Shown here: piece after piece, positions 31,515 through 40,768 of the stretch | How positions within the stretch are numbered: position 1 is the stretch's first letter | Layout: every line of letters starts with the position of its first letter | NCBI GenBank assembly: GCA_963845085.1 | Contig: CAWJQI010000004.1 | Coordinates: forward strand, 640,001-704,000 | Reading direction: 5' to 3' | DNA length: 64,000 bases | DNA from: Candidatus Fermentibacterota bacterium | GTDB lineage: Bacteria; Fermentibacterota; Fermentibacteria; Fermentibacterales; JCC-6 | Position numbers and translations under genes: made by a program | Notes under the pieces: generated by a model | The model's input: only the letters and a program-made list of their open reading frames with translations | What the model was told of the DNA's origin: nothing | Database searches by the model: none

Positions 31515-32697
31515 CTATCCTATGAACGCCATCGCCTGGTCGAGATCGGCAATCAGGTCGTTCACATCTTCGATGCCCACGGAGTAGCGCACAAGGTCAT
31601 CGGTGATGCCGGCCCTGAGTTTCGCATCCGCACTGACTTTCGCATGCGTCATTGAGGCAGGGTGCTGTATGAGCGTCTCGACCCCGCCCAGCGAAACCGC
31701 GAGCGTCGCGAGTTCTACCCTGTCCATCAGGATCCTGCCTGCCTCGAACCCGCCCTTCATTCCGAATGAGATCATCGCCCCGGCGCCCTTCTGCTGCCTC
31801 AGCGCCAGCTCGTGCTGGGGATGCGAGGGAAGCCCGGGATACCTCACCCACGCCACCGCGGGGTGTGCTTCAAGATGTTGCGCGATCTTCTCTGCATTGG
31901 CCTGGGCGCGTTCAATCCTGACCGAGAGCGTCTTGAGCCCCCGGATCACGAGGAACGCCTGGTGGGGGTCCATGTTGGGGCCCATGCTCGTCATGACGTT
32001 GTACATGTGCCTGTAGTCGGCCTCGGTCTTCGCCACCACCACGCCGCCGACCACATCAGCGTGCCCGTTGATGAACTTGGTCACGGAGTGAAGTACAACG
32101 TCCGCTCCAAGTTCAAGGGGCCTTTGCAGATAGGGCGAACAGAAGGTGTTGTCGACAACAAGCCTGATGCCGTGCCTGTGGGCAAGCCCGGCGCATGCGG
32201 CGATGTCGGTGATCGAGATGGTCGGATTTGCCGGTGTCTCCACGAAAAGAAGCTTCGTGTTCGGACGGATCGCTTCTTCGACAAGCTCTATCCGGCTGGT
32301 GTCGACGAAACGTGGCCTCTACTCCGAATCTCGAAAAGTGTTTCTCGAGAACGCCTCGCGATGCGCCGTATACCGCGTCGGTGGAAACGATGTGACTGCC
32401 GGCGCCGAGGAATGACATGTAGACGGTTGTGACTGCAGCCATGCCGCTCGCGACGGCTATTCCCCCGAACCCGCCCTCGAGGGCCGACACGGCGTCTTCC
32501 AGCACCCGGATCGTGGGATTTCCCAACCGTGTGTAGATGAAGCCGTCACTTTCCCCGGCAAAACAATCCGCTCCATCCTGGGCATTCCTGAAGGCAAAGG
32601 TCGAGGTTTGATATATGGGTGGGTTTACGGACATCAGGGAATCAGGCTTCTGCCCGCCGTGAACGAGTATGGTGTCGAATGCGGAGTGCTTATTCAT
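31515..32697 (-). CDS. mgl: Methionine gamma-lyase / Cys-Met metabolism PLP enzyme (one frameshift near 32308)
   Basis: PPIYQTSTF, YTRLGNPT, ETPANPT, DNTF, SVTKFINGH (PLP Lys), AVSLGGVETLIQHPASMTH. Removing one T restores TFVDT. Confidence 0.85.
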
Positions 32698-32949
32698 CTC
32701 ATCCTTCTCCTTGGTCGCGGATCCATCATGAAGTAAAATGTTCTGCGAAATGCGGCGTCCGGTATTCACGGACCCCGCCGGTCAGCAAGCGGTTATCACA
32801 CGTGCGGAGCAGTGGGCCTTGAGACAGTGCCATCCAGACCCACAGGCAGCAGTGCCGAAAGCAGCCGCACTGCACGCGGTAACATAACACCTGCGGGCCC
32901 GGTGCCTTGAACCGCGCCGGATCCTGTCCCGTGGTTCAGGTGGCCGTCG

Positions 32950-33780
32950 TCAGCCGATTGAGCGATCCCAGGAGACGGGGATCTCGGCGGGGTAGTGCCA
33001 GAGGCCGATCCTGCCCTGATCGGCGACGTACAGGCCGCATTTCCTTCCCTGGCCGTACCCGAGCCATGTATGGAACGGCACCTCGTTCATGCAGTCGCCC
33101 GAGAAAATGGTCTTGGTTTTCTTGTCGGGCTGTGACTCGAGTTCCTGCCGTGCATCGCTGAACCGGCTTTGCGCAGCGAGCTGCAGCTGTTCGGTGTGCA
33201 GCTCGGTGAAGACCACCTGGCGGAAGACCTTTCCAGGGCGGTGCGTGGCGTACCATGCATATTCGATCGGGGTCAGGTTGGACAGCAGAAGGAGCTGGAT
33301 CGGACACATGACGAGATAGAGCCTTCGATCCCGCACGGCAGGCTCAGGGCTGCCGGCTGCGGAAGCAACCTCGGCGGGCGACATCTCCTCGCCGCAACTG
33401 CTTGACTTGAACGCATGGATCTGGCCGCCATTCTCAAGCTCCATCACCTCGCCGCCGGTCTTGACCAGGAATACCCGGCGGTAAGCCTTGATCGGTGTGC
33501 AGGAGAAAGCGTTGTTGGACAGCGCCGTCTTGGTCCGCTTGCCGGTGGAAGCTGCGGCAAGCGCGCTTGCCGTGTCACCGCCTGCATCGCGCCAGCCCCC
33601 TTCGTCAAGATACTCGAAGTCGGGCCGGCCATCTTTTATGGCAAGGTCCACGAACAGTTTGCGACCCTTGAAGTGCTTGCCTGAACCTGGGCTTGTATGC
33701 CTGGCAAGACCAGAGATTCCGATCGAGGTCGCTGTGATCGCACCCTGTGGGATGGACAGAACGAGGTTGATTTCAGGCAT
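32950..33780 (-). CDS. Hypothetical protein with internal two-fold duplication
   Basis: 276-aa ORF with GGAG RBS; the two halves share motifs. Confidence 0.75.
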   Translation of the reverse strand: MPEINLVLSIPQGAITATSIGISGLARHTSPGSGKHFKGRKLFVDLAIKDGRPDFEYLDEGGWRDAGGDTASALAAASTGKRTKTALSNNAFSCTPIKAYRRVFLVKTGGEVMELENGGQIHAFKSSSCGEEMSPAEVASAAGSPEPAVRDRRLYLVMCPIQLLLLSNLTPIEYAWYATHRPGKVFRQVVFTELHTEQLQLAAQSRFSDARQELESQPDKKTKTIFSGDCMNEVPFHTWLGYGQGRKCGLYVADQGRIGLWHYPAEIPVSWDRSIG

Positions 33781-34005
33781 CGGACACTCCTTTGCGTTCG
33801 CCGTGTCAGACGGAAGGAACCCTCACTTAAAACCTCTCCGGCGGCACATTCCGGATTCTTTCGCCGCCGGGGCGTTCTGCTGCTCTTCTATCCGAAAATG
33901 AGCATACCGCGTGAGCTTCCACCCGTCAAGGAAACCATGAGTTCAGCAGGAATCCCCGCCCGGTGATCGCCGGAAGAGCCGGATGGTTGCAGCCGGTCTC
34001 GGGCC

Positions 34006-34164
34006 TCAGTCCGCCTGGTCCCCTTCGCCGGCATCGCCGGGAAAAACCTTGTCGAGCACCACGAGAAGGATGAAGAACAGGAACATGAAGAGAAAGAGCG
34101 CCGCCATGCCCTTGCCGGTCACCGCGAGCGCCTCGCTGAAGATTGTCTGCATCGCCGTGGACAA
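34006..34164 (-). CDS. OadG-related small membrane subunit (52 aa, not in ORF track)
   Basis: GGAGG RBS then TTG: MSTAMQTIFSEALAVTGKGMAALFLFMFLFFILLVVLDKVFPGDAGEGDQAD*, directly after oadB. Confidence 0.75.
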   Translation of the reverse strand: MSTAMQTIFSEALAVTGKGMAALFLFMFLFFILLVVLDKVFPGDAGEGDQAD

Positions 34165-34176
34165 AAGAGCCCTCCC

Positions 34177-35305
34177 TTACTTGACCAGCGTCAGGATCAG
34201 GCCGCCGGCCAGAACGGAACCGATCTGCCCTGAAACGTTCGCACTGACGGCATACATCAGGAGGAAGTTGGAGGAGTCTTCCTTCCTGCCCATGGTGTGC
34301 ACCACACGCGCCGACATGGGGAAGGCCGAGATGCCTGCCGCCCCGATCATGGGGTTTACCTTCCGCTTTATGAAAAGGTTCATGAACTTGGCGAAGAGTA
34401 CGCCTCCCGCGGTATCGAAGATAAAGGCGCCAGAGGCCCAGCGCGATGATGAACAGGGTGGATACCTGAAGAAAACGGTCCGCGGTCATCGTCGACGCGA
34501 TTGTGATGCCGAGCAGAAGGGTGACAAGGCTTGCCAGCTCGTTCTGGGCCGCAAGCGATAGCTTTTTGAGCACACCGCATTCCCGCACCAGATTGCCGAA
34601 CATCAAAAACCCGATCAGCGCAACTGCAGTGGGTGCGAACATGCCGATCAGGATCGTTACAAGTATCGGAAACAGGATGAGGGTGGTCCGCGAGATCTTC
34701 TTCTGGCTGCCGTCCATTCTGATCAGGCGCTCGCGTCTTGTTGTGAGCATCCTGATCACCGGCGGCTGGATGATGGGAACCAGCGCCATATAGGAGTATG
34801 CTGCAACCGAGATCGGTCCGATCAGGTTCATGGCGAAGCGGCTGGCGACATAGATGGATGTGGGGCCGTCGGCCGAGCCTATTATGCCGATCGCCGCAGC
34901 CTCCCTCAGGTCAAAACCGAGAAGCGTGGCGGCGGTCATGGTGAAAAAGATGCCGAACTGAGCGGCGGCACCGAAAAGCAACAGGAGCGGCCTGCGGAAC
35001 AGCGGGCTGAAATCTATCATGGCGCCGATGGCCACGAAAATCAGAAGCGGGAATATCTCGGTGAGGATGCCGGCCCTGAAGAAGATCGACAGCGCCCCGG
35101 CGATCTGCCTTCCTCCCTCAACCTGGTCGAGAACCGAAGAAAAGGGAATGTTGACCAGGATGGTGCCGAAGCCAATAGGAAGAAGAAGAGCAGGCTCATA
35201 TTCCTTCTTTATTGCAAGATAAATAAGCACACCGCCGATGGCCATCATAAGCAGGTTCTGCCAGGTGATCGCCGTGAATCCTATGAAAAGGCCTTCCATC
35301 TGCAT
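34177..35305 (-). CDS. oadB: Na+-translocating decarboxylase beta subunit (one frameshift near 34430)
   Basis: YEP.LLLPIGFG, GA.AQFGIF, IG.ADGPT, AAYSYMALVPIIQPP; the tail NPMIGAAGISAFPMSARV is in a second frame. Confidence 0.9.
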
Positions 35306-35348
35306 CCCTCACGAGTGTTTCGGTCGTTCCACCTCTGCGGCCGCACGG

Positions 35349-37640
35349 CTACATTATGCTCCACATCACGGTAAGGCCGGCAAGCACCACTGATACCATT
35401 GACATGAGTTTGATCAGGATGTTCAGCGCCGGGCCCGAAGTATCCTTGAAGGGGTCCCCTACCGTATCCCCGACGATGCCCGCCTTGTGGGCGTCGCTCC
35501 CCTTGCCGCCGAAATTGCCCTTCTCGATGAACTTCTTGGCATTGTCCCACGCGCCGCCGGCGTTGTTGAGCATGCTTGCCAGGGTGAACCCGGCTGTCAT
35601 CCCGCCAACGAGAAGACCCACCACGCCGGGAACCCCGAGCACGAGCCCCACGGCCAGCGGTACTGCGATGGCGAGCAGGGAGGGCAGCAGCATCTCGCGC
35701 TGCGCGCCTTTGGTCGATATTGCGACGCACTTCGCATACTCGGGTTTTCCAGTGCCCTCCATGATCCCCGGGATCTCACGGAACTGGCGCCTGACCTCGT
35801 CAACCATGCTTCCGGCAGCCCGGCCGACAGCCTTCATGGAGAGGGCGCTGAAGAGGAACGCCATCATCGCGCCGATGAAAAGGCCGCCAAGGAGCAGCGG
35901 GTTGAAAACCGAAAGATCATATGCGTTGATGAAATCCTTGATGTGGGCGACATCAACGCTGACGGCGGACATGCCGTCGGGAACCGACAGGGGTACGGTG
36001 CCCCTGTAGAAGAGGACATCTCCGATCTGCTTGAACCCTTCGGCGGAGTTGTCGGCGATTCGACCCAGCCACAGCTTAACCTCTTCGATGTAGGCCGCCA
36101 CAAGGGCCATCGCCGTAAGTGCTGCCGAGCCGATAGCGAAACCCTTGCCGGTCGCGGCCGTGGTGTTTCCCAGGCAGTCGAGCGCGTCGGTTCTCTCCCT
36201 GACCTCCTTGGGAAGGTGCGACATCTCGGCATTGCCGCCTGCGTTGTCTGCGATCGGGCCGAACGCATCTGTTGCAAGGGTGATGCCCAGGGTGGACAGC
36301 ATGCCCACCGCGGCAAAACCGATGCCGTAGACGCCTGAGGCAAAGCTCTCGAAACCGCCCGCAAAAGCGTACGCTGCTATGATCGCCGCCGATATCGTGA
36401 GCACGGGCACCCATGACGAAAGCATGCCGACCGCCATCCCCTCGATAATCGTCGTTGCGGGCCCCTGGTTGGTCTGCCGTGCAATTCCCCTGGTCGGAGA
36501 GTACTCATCCGACGTGAAGTATTCGGTCGACTGCCCGATGATCACGCCGGCTGCCAGGCCGGCGACGACTGCGCCGAAGACCCCCCATGTTATCCAACCG
36601 GAAGAGGCCATCACGGCAAGCGCGACAAGAATCAGCGCCGAACTGCCCCCGGTGCCGAGCAGAAGCGCCCGGAGCAGGTTTTTCTGCGTTGCGGACTCCT
36701 TGGTGCGCACCATGTACACACCCGCGATCGAAAGAAGTATCCCTATCGCGGCCACTATCATCGGGGCGATGACGGCCTTCATCTGATCCGCGGCAGAGAT
36801 GGCGGGCAGGGCGGCGCCGAGCGCGGCTGTGGCGAGTATAGACCCCGCGTAGGATTCGTACAGGTCAGCGCCCATCCCTGCAACGTCACCGACGTTGTCA
36901 CCGACGTTGTCGGCGATCGTCGCCGGATTCCGGGGATCATCCTCGGGGATGCCCGCCTCGACCTTGCCCACGAGGTCCGCGCCCACATCGGCGGCCTTCG
37001 TGAATATGCCGCCGCCCACTCTGGCAAAAAGCGCCTGCGTGGAGGCGCCCATGCCGAACGTGAGCATCGTGGCCGTTATTTCGATCATCTTCTGATGGTC
37101 GTCGGTACCCGCCTGGACAAAGGTGAGACCAAGCCACTTGAGCCCGCCGGCCATGTGCTCGGGCGTGAAGATCACGTTGTTGAGAAGGAGGAACCAGATC
37201 GCGATGTCGAGCAGCCCGAATCCCACCACAACGAGCCCCATGACGGCCCCGCTGCGGAATGCGATCTGCAGCCCCCTGTTGAGTGAGACCGATGCGCCCT
37301 GGGCGGTTCTCGAAGAGGCGTTCGTGGCCGTCTTCATCCCCAGGTACCCGCAAAGGCCCGAGAAAAAGCCTCCGGTGAGGAACGCTATCGGGACGAACGG
37401 GTTTTGAACCCCAATGTAGGCCAGTATCGCAAGCAGTACAACAAGGATTATGAAGACCCTTCCGACGACCCTGAACTGGCTTCCGAGGTAGGCCATCGCT
37501 CCTTCCCGCACGTATTGCGCTATCTCCTGCATCCTGGCGTTGCCGGCAGGTGCTTTCATCATGCCCCGGTAGAAGATCCATGCGAAAACCAGGGCGAGCA
37601 ATGCCGATATGGGAGCGATCCAGAACAAAGTGCTGATCAT
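35349..37640 (-). CDS. hppA: K+-dependent membrane-bound pyrophosphatase (Na+ or Na+/H+ translocating)
   Basis: DVGADLVGKVE, DNVGDNVGD, GNTTAA (K+-dependent Ala), GDTVGDPFKD. Confidence 0.97.
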   Translation of the reverse strand: MISTLFWIAPISALLALVFAWIFYRGMMKAPAGNARMQEIAQYVREGAMAYLGSQFRVVGRVFIILVVLLAILAYIGVQNPFVPIAFLTGGFFSGLCGYLGMKTATNASSRTAQGASVSLNRGLQIAFRSGAVMGLVVVGFGLLDIAIWFLLLNNVIFTPEHMAGGLKWLGLTFVQAGTDDHQKMIEITATMLTFGMGASTQALFARVGGGIFTKAADVGADLVGKVEAGIPEDDPRNPATIADNVGDNVGDVAGMGADLYESYAGSILATAALGAALPAISAADQMKAVIAPMIVAAIGILLSIAGVYMVRTKESATQKNLLRALLLGTGGSSALILVALAVMASSGWITWGVFGAVVAGLAAGVIIGQSTEYFTSDEYSPTRGIARQTNQGPATTIIEGMAVGMLSSWVPVLTISAAIIAAYAFAGGFESFASGVYGIGFAAVGMLSTLGITLATDAFGPIADNAGGNAEMSHLPKEVRERTDALDCLGNTTAATGKGFAIGSAALTAMALVAAYIEEVKLWLGRIADNSAEGFKQIGDVLFYRGTVPLSVPDGMSAVSVDVAHIKDFINAYDLSVFNPLLLGGLFIGAMMAFLFSALSMKAVGRAAGSMVDEVRRQFREIPGIMEGTGKPEYAKCVAISTKGAQREMLLPSLLAIAVPLAVGLVLGVPGVVGLLVGGMTAGFTLASMLNNAGGAWDNAKKFIEKGNFGGKGSDAHKAGIVGDTVGDPFKDTSGPALNILIKLMSMVSVVLAGLTVMWSIM

Positions 37641-37852
37641 AGTACTGCTTTCATTCGTTGGATGACCATCATCGATGCATAGATCCAACAGGAAACCGGT
37701 TTTTCACCGTTCCGTCAACGGCTCAAACTGAGCAGCGCGTGCAGAGAAAAAATGCAACCCTGAGATGGATGCAACAATACCCACCCGTGTCCGTTCGCGT
37801 CAATGAAAAAAAGGGGTCGAACACCCGGAGAACTGGCTGATCCCGGCGAGTG

Positions 37853-38605
37853 CTACCCGTTCCCCGGTTCTTTCCCGGAACGATCCTCGACTATCACGAA
37901 CCTTCGGCCGCCGATGCTGAAAAAGGGCGGTGGAAAGGGAGGAAACGACAACGCCCTCACGCTGTTACGGAGCGAGTCGGGAGCCTCCACTTCGTGGGAG
38001 ATCTCCCTCCTGAAATGAGTTTCGGCGTTACTGCCGTCCTGGGGACGGGTTTTTGAAAGGGCTGCACCGCTTGCAAGCATGCCGAAGCAGCTCTTGAACA
38101 GCTCGAAGCCTTCAGCCACCATCCGATCGTACAGGTCGCGCCCCGTGTATTCCGGGCACAGTGGAAATGATGTCCGGGCGAGAAGGGGACCCGAATCGAT
38201 CCCCGCGTCCACCCTGTGGATGGCCACGGAGTATGAGGCGTCACCGTTCCGAAGCGCCCAGATGTTCGGATAGGCGCCCCTGTATCTTTCCGGATCTCCC
38301 AGGTGCACGTTCCAGCACCCAAGGCCTGGCGGTCCGAAGATGGCTGCAGGAAGAATGCGGTCGTAAAAAGCAACGAGAACGAGATCGGGTGAGAGCCCGA
38401 CAACGTCCTCCTCTTTTATCTCCCGGATCCGGAGTTCTCGGGGAGAGCGGTACCATGAGCCTGTGTGTTCACCCGGATTGACTACGAACAGGGCGTTCGG
38501 CGCTTTTTCAAGAAGGAATCCGGCGATCAGATACCCGAGATCGCGGCCGCAGAAACACACGATCACAGGTTCATCCCGCCCTGCGGAGGAAAGCGGAAGG
38601 TTCAT
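37853..38605 (-). CDS. Formyltransferase family protein (likely sugar N-formyltransferase)
   Basis: NVH....YRG and IH.VDAGIDSG motifs; lacks the Fmt C-terminal domain. Confidence 0.8.
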   Translation of the reverse strand: MNLPLSSAGRDEPVIVCFCGRDLGYLIAGFLLEKAPNALFVVNPGEHTGSWYRSPRELRIREIKEEDVVGLSPDLVLVAFYDRILPAAIFGPPGLGCWNVHLGDPERYRGAYPNIWALRNGDASYSVAIHRVDAGIDSGPLLARTSFPLCPEYTGRDLYDRMVAEGFELFKSCFGMLASGAALSKTRPQDGSNAETHFRREISHEVEAPDSLRNSVRALSFPPFPPPFFSIGGRRFVIVEDRSGKEPGNG

Positions 38606-38609
38606 CCCG

Positions 38610-39743
38610 TCACGCTTTCCCGTAGAATTTGCGGATGCAGTCAACGACCCGCCAGACATCGGGATCGGTCAGATCGGGGTAAAGGGGGAGCGTGAGGATG
38701 CTCTCGAACGCCCTTTCCGCAACCGGAAGAGGTTCCTGACTTCCGTAGCACCTGTAGAGATGCAGCGGTTTGTAGTGAACGCTCGTCGAAATTCCCCTAT
38801 CGCCGAGGTAAACGTTCAGATCGTCACGCCTTTCCGCACGGATTGAGAAGATGTGCCAGGAGGACAGGCAATCCGGGGTGTCCACGGGCGGCATCACCAC
38901 CTCATCGAGGTCGGCCAGGCCTTCCCTGTACATCCCGGTGATCAAGCGCCTTCTTGCATTCGCCCCTTCAAGCTTTTCAAGCTGAACAAGGCCGATGGCT
39001 GCGTGAATGTCGTCGAGAGAGGTCTTGAACGCCACCTCATCGATGCTGTACTCCCACCAGTAGGCGCGGTCAAGCTTCGAGCGGTCCCAGGTGGACCTGT
39101 CCATCCCGAGGCTTCTCTTCCGCCTGGCCCTTTCGGCCATTTCACCGTCGTTCAGCGTCAGAGCCCCTCCCTCGCCCATTGCAAGGTTTTTAACGGCGTG
39201 GAAACTGAAACATCCCATGGTGCAAAGACCGCCCACCGGCCGCCCGCAGTATCGGGCTCCCGCTGCATGCGCGCAGTCCTCGACAACGGGGATGCCGCCG
39301 GCGGCCTCCCTCACAAGGTCGAGATGTGCCGGACGGCCGGCGAAATGAACAGGGATGACGGCTTTCGTCCTGTTCGTGATCCTCTTCCTCATGTCATCGA
39401 TATCGATGTTCAGCGTTCCGGGATCAACATCGGCGAACACCGGCCTGGCCTTGTTGAAAGCCACACAGTGCGCCGTCGACACGTAAGTCATCGTGGGGAC
39501 GATTACCTCGTCGCCCTCTTTGATTTCGAGAAGCTTCACGGCCATGTCGAGGGCTGCAGTTCCGGAATTGAGCCCAATGCAGTGTTCGACCATGCAGTAC
39601 CGTGCGAAGGCTTCCTCGAATTCGGCCACCCGCGGGCCGAGCCCGACCCAGCCCGATCCGATGACCGCGGCGACCGCATCGATCTCCCTCTGGTCGAACG
39701 ACGGTTTGAAGACCTGTATCGCTGCTTCCTCCCGAAGGTTCAC
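38610..39743 (-). CDS. DegT/DnrJ/EryC1/StrS aminotransferase
   Basis: NSGTAAL, VEDCAHA, FSFHAVKN...GEGG, LTLPLYP. Confidence 0.95.
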   Translation of the reverse strand: MNLREEAAIQVFKPSFDQREIDAVAAVIGSGWVGLGPRVAEFEEAFARYCMVEHCIGLNSGTAALDMAVKLLEIKEGDEVIVPTMTYVSTAHCVAFNKARPVFADVDPGTLNIDIDDMRKRITNRTKAVIPVHFAGRPAHLDLVREAAGGIPVVEDCAHAAGARYCGRPVGGLCTMGCFSFHAVKNLAMGEGGALTLNDGEMAERARRKRSLGMDRSTWDRSKLDRAYWWEYSIDEVAFKTSLDDIHAAIGLVQLEKLEGANARRRLITGMYREGLADLDEVVMPPVDTPDCLSSWHIFSIRAERRDDLNVYLGDRGISTSVHYKPLHLYRCYGSQEPLPVAERAFESILTLPLYPDLTDPDVWRVVDCIRKFYGKA

Positions 39744-40741
39744 AATGCCTCCCCGCATTCGCCTGAATGTCTCTTTACAGGCTTCGCCACGCCGGAGAAG
39801 CCTTCGAGGCAACCCCCGGGGAACCCCTCGCCGGGACGCGGTTCCCGCCACAGGGCTGAGAACGCGCTGCGAATTGAGCGCGGCCCATCATCGCCCCCCC
39901 GCTCTCCGGGGGTCAGCTTTGTTCCAAGCAGGCGAATGGCAAGCAGGCCCGACATCAGAACGCGAAAAGCCGGCACAGAAAGAAAGCCGCCGTATTTTCG
40001 CAAAAAAAGCAGTTTGGCGGGGATGTACCTCACCTGTATCGAACCCTCGTAAACCCTGCGGGAGGTTTTGCCGCAGAAGTGCACCACTTCCGCGGAGGGT
40101 TCGAACCATACCTTCCAGCCAAGGCGGGCCATCCTGAACATCAGGTCGGTCTCCTCGTGAAAAAAACCGAAATCCCTCGAGAACCCTCCGGACTCCTTGA
40201 AGGCTTCAACCCTAACGACCATAACGGCCCCCACAAGCCAGTCCGCGTATGTTCCCCGGTCGTGGCGGGAGCATATTGCGCTGCTGCGCCTGAGCAGGGG
40301 AATGCGTTCGGCAAGGAGCTTTCCGGGGAATGGGAAGTCCCTCTGAGAGGGCTGAAGGCGGCCGTCGGGCCAGAGCAGCCTGGGGCCTGCGATACCGACG
40401 TCGGGTTTCGATTCTATGCTCGCGAGAAGGCACTCGAGCGCTCCGGGTCGAAACACTGTATCGGTGTTGACGAGCACGACGAACGGTTCCACCGCCGAAC
40501 CGATTATGATGTCGGCCGCAGCTCCGAAACCCGCGTTCGCACCGTTCCTGACAAGGGAAATGTCTTTCGTTCGCGCCGCATACTTCTCAACGTACTCGGC
40601 TGATCCGTCGTGCGAGTCGTTGTCGAACACGATCATTCGGCAGGAGGTCTCAGTTACCTGGGGCGCGAGTGAGTCGAGCATGCCCGGGATGACTTCCATC
40701 CCGTTCCAGTTGATCGCGGCAACCAGCGCACGGTGGGTCAT
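39740..40741 (-). CDS. Glycosyltransferase family 2
   Basis: NWN, DNDSHDGS, N.GFG, NTD, F.FHEETD. Confidence 0.92.
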   Translation of the reverse strand: MTHRALVAAINWNGMEVIPGMLDSLAPQVTETSCRMIVFDNDSHDGSAEYVEKYAARTKDISLVRNGANAGFGAAADIIIGSAVEPFVVLVNTDTVFRPGALECLLASIESKPDVGIAGPRLLWPDGRLQPSQRDFPFPGKLLAERIPLLRRSSAICSRHDRGTYADWLVGAVMVVRVEAFKESGGFSRDFGFFHEETDLMFRMARLGWKVWFEPSAEVVHFCGKTSRRVYEGSIQVRYIPAKLLFLRKYGGFLSVPAFRVLMSGLLAIRLLGTKLTPGERGGDDGPRSIRSAFSALWREPRPGEGFPGGCLEGFSGVAKPVKRHSGECGEAL

Positions 40742-40768
40742 CTTGCAGCGCCGCCGGCTCGAATGATG

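Noticed and set aside
32700..32950. SAM-I riboswitch before mgl
   Set aside because: The conserved SAM-I core (AUC...GAGGGA..GGCCC, GCAACC, GUGC..AAUUCC...GAU) is not found.
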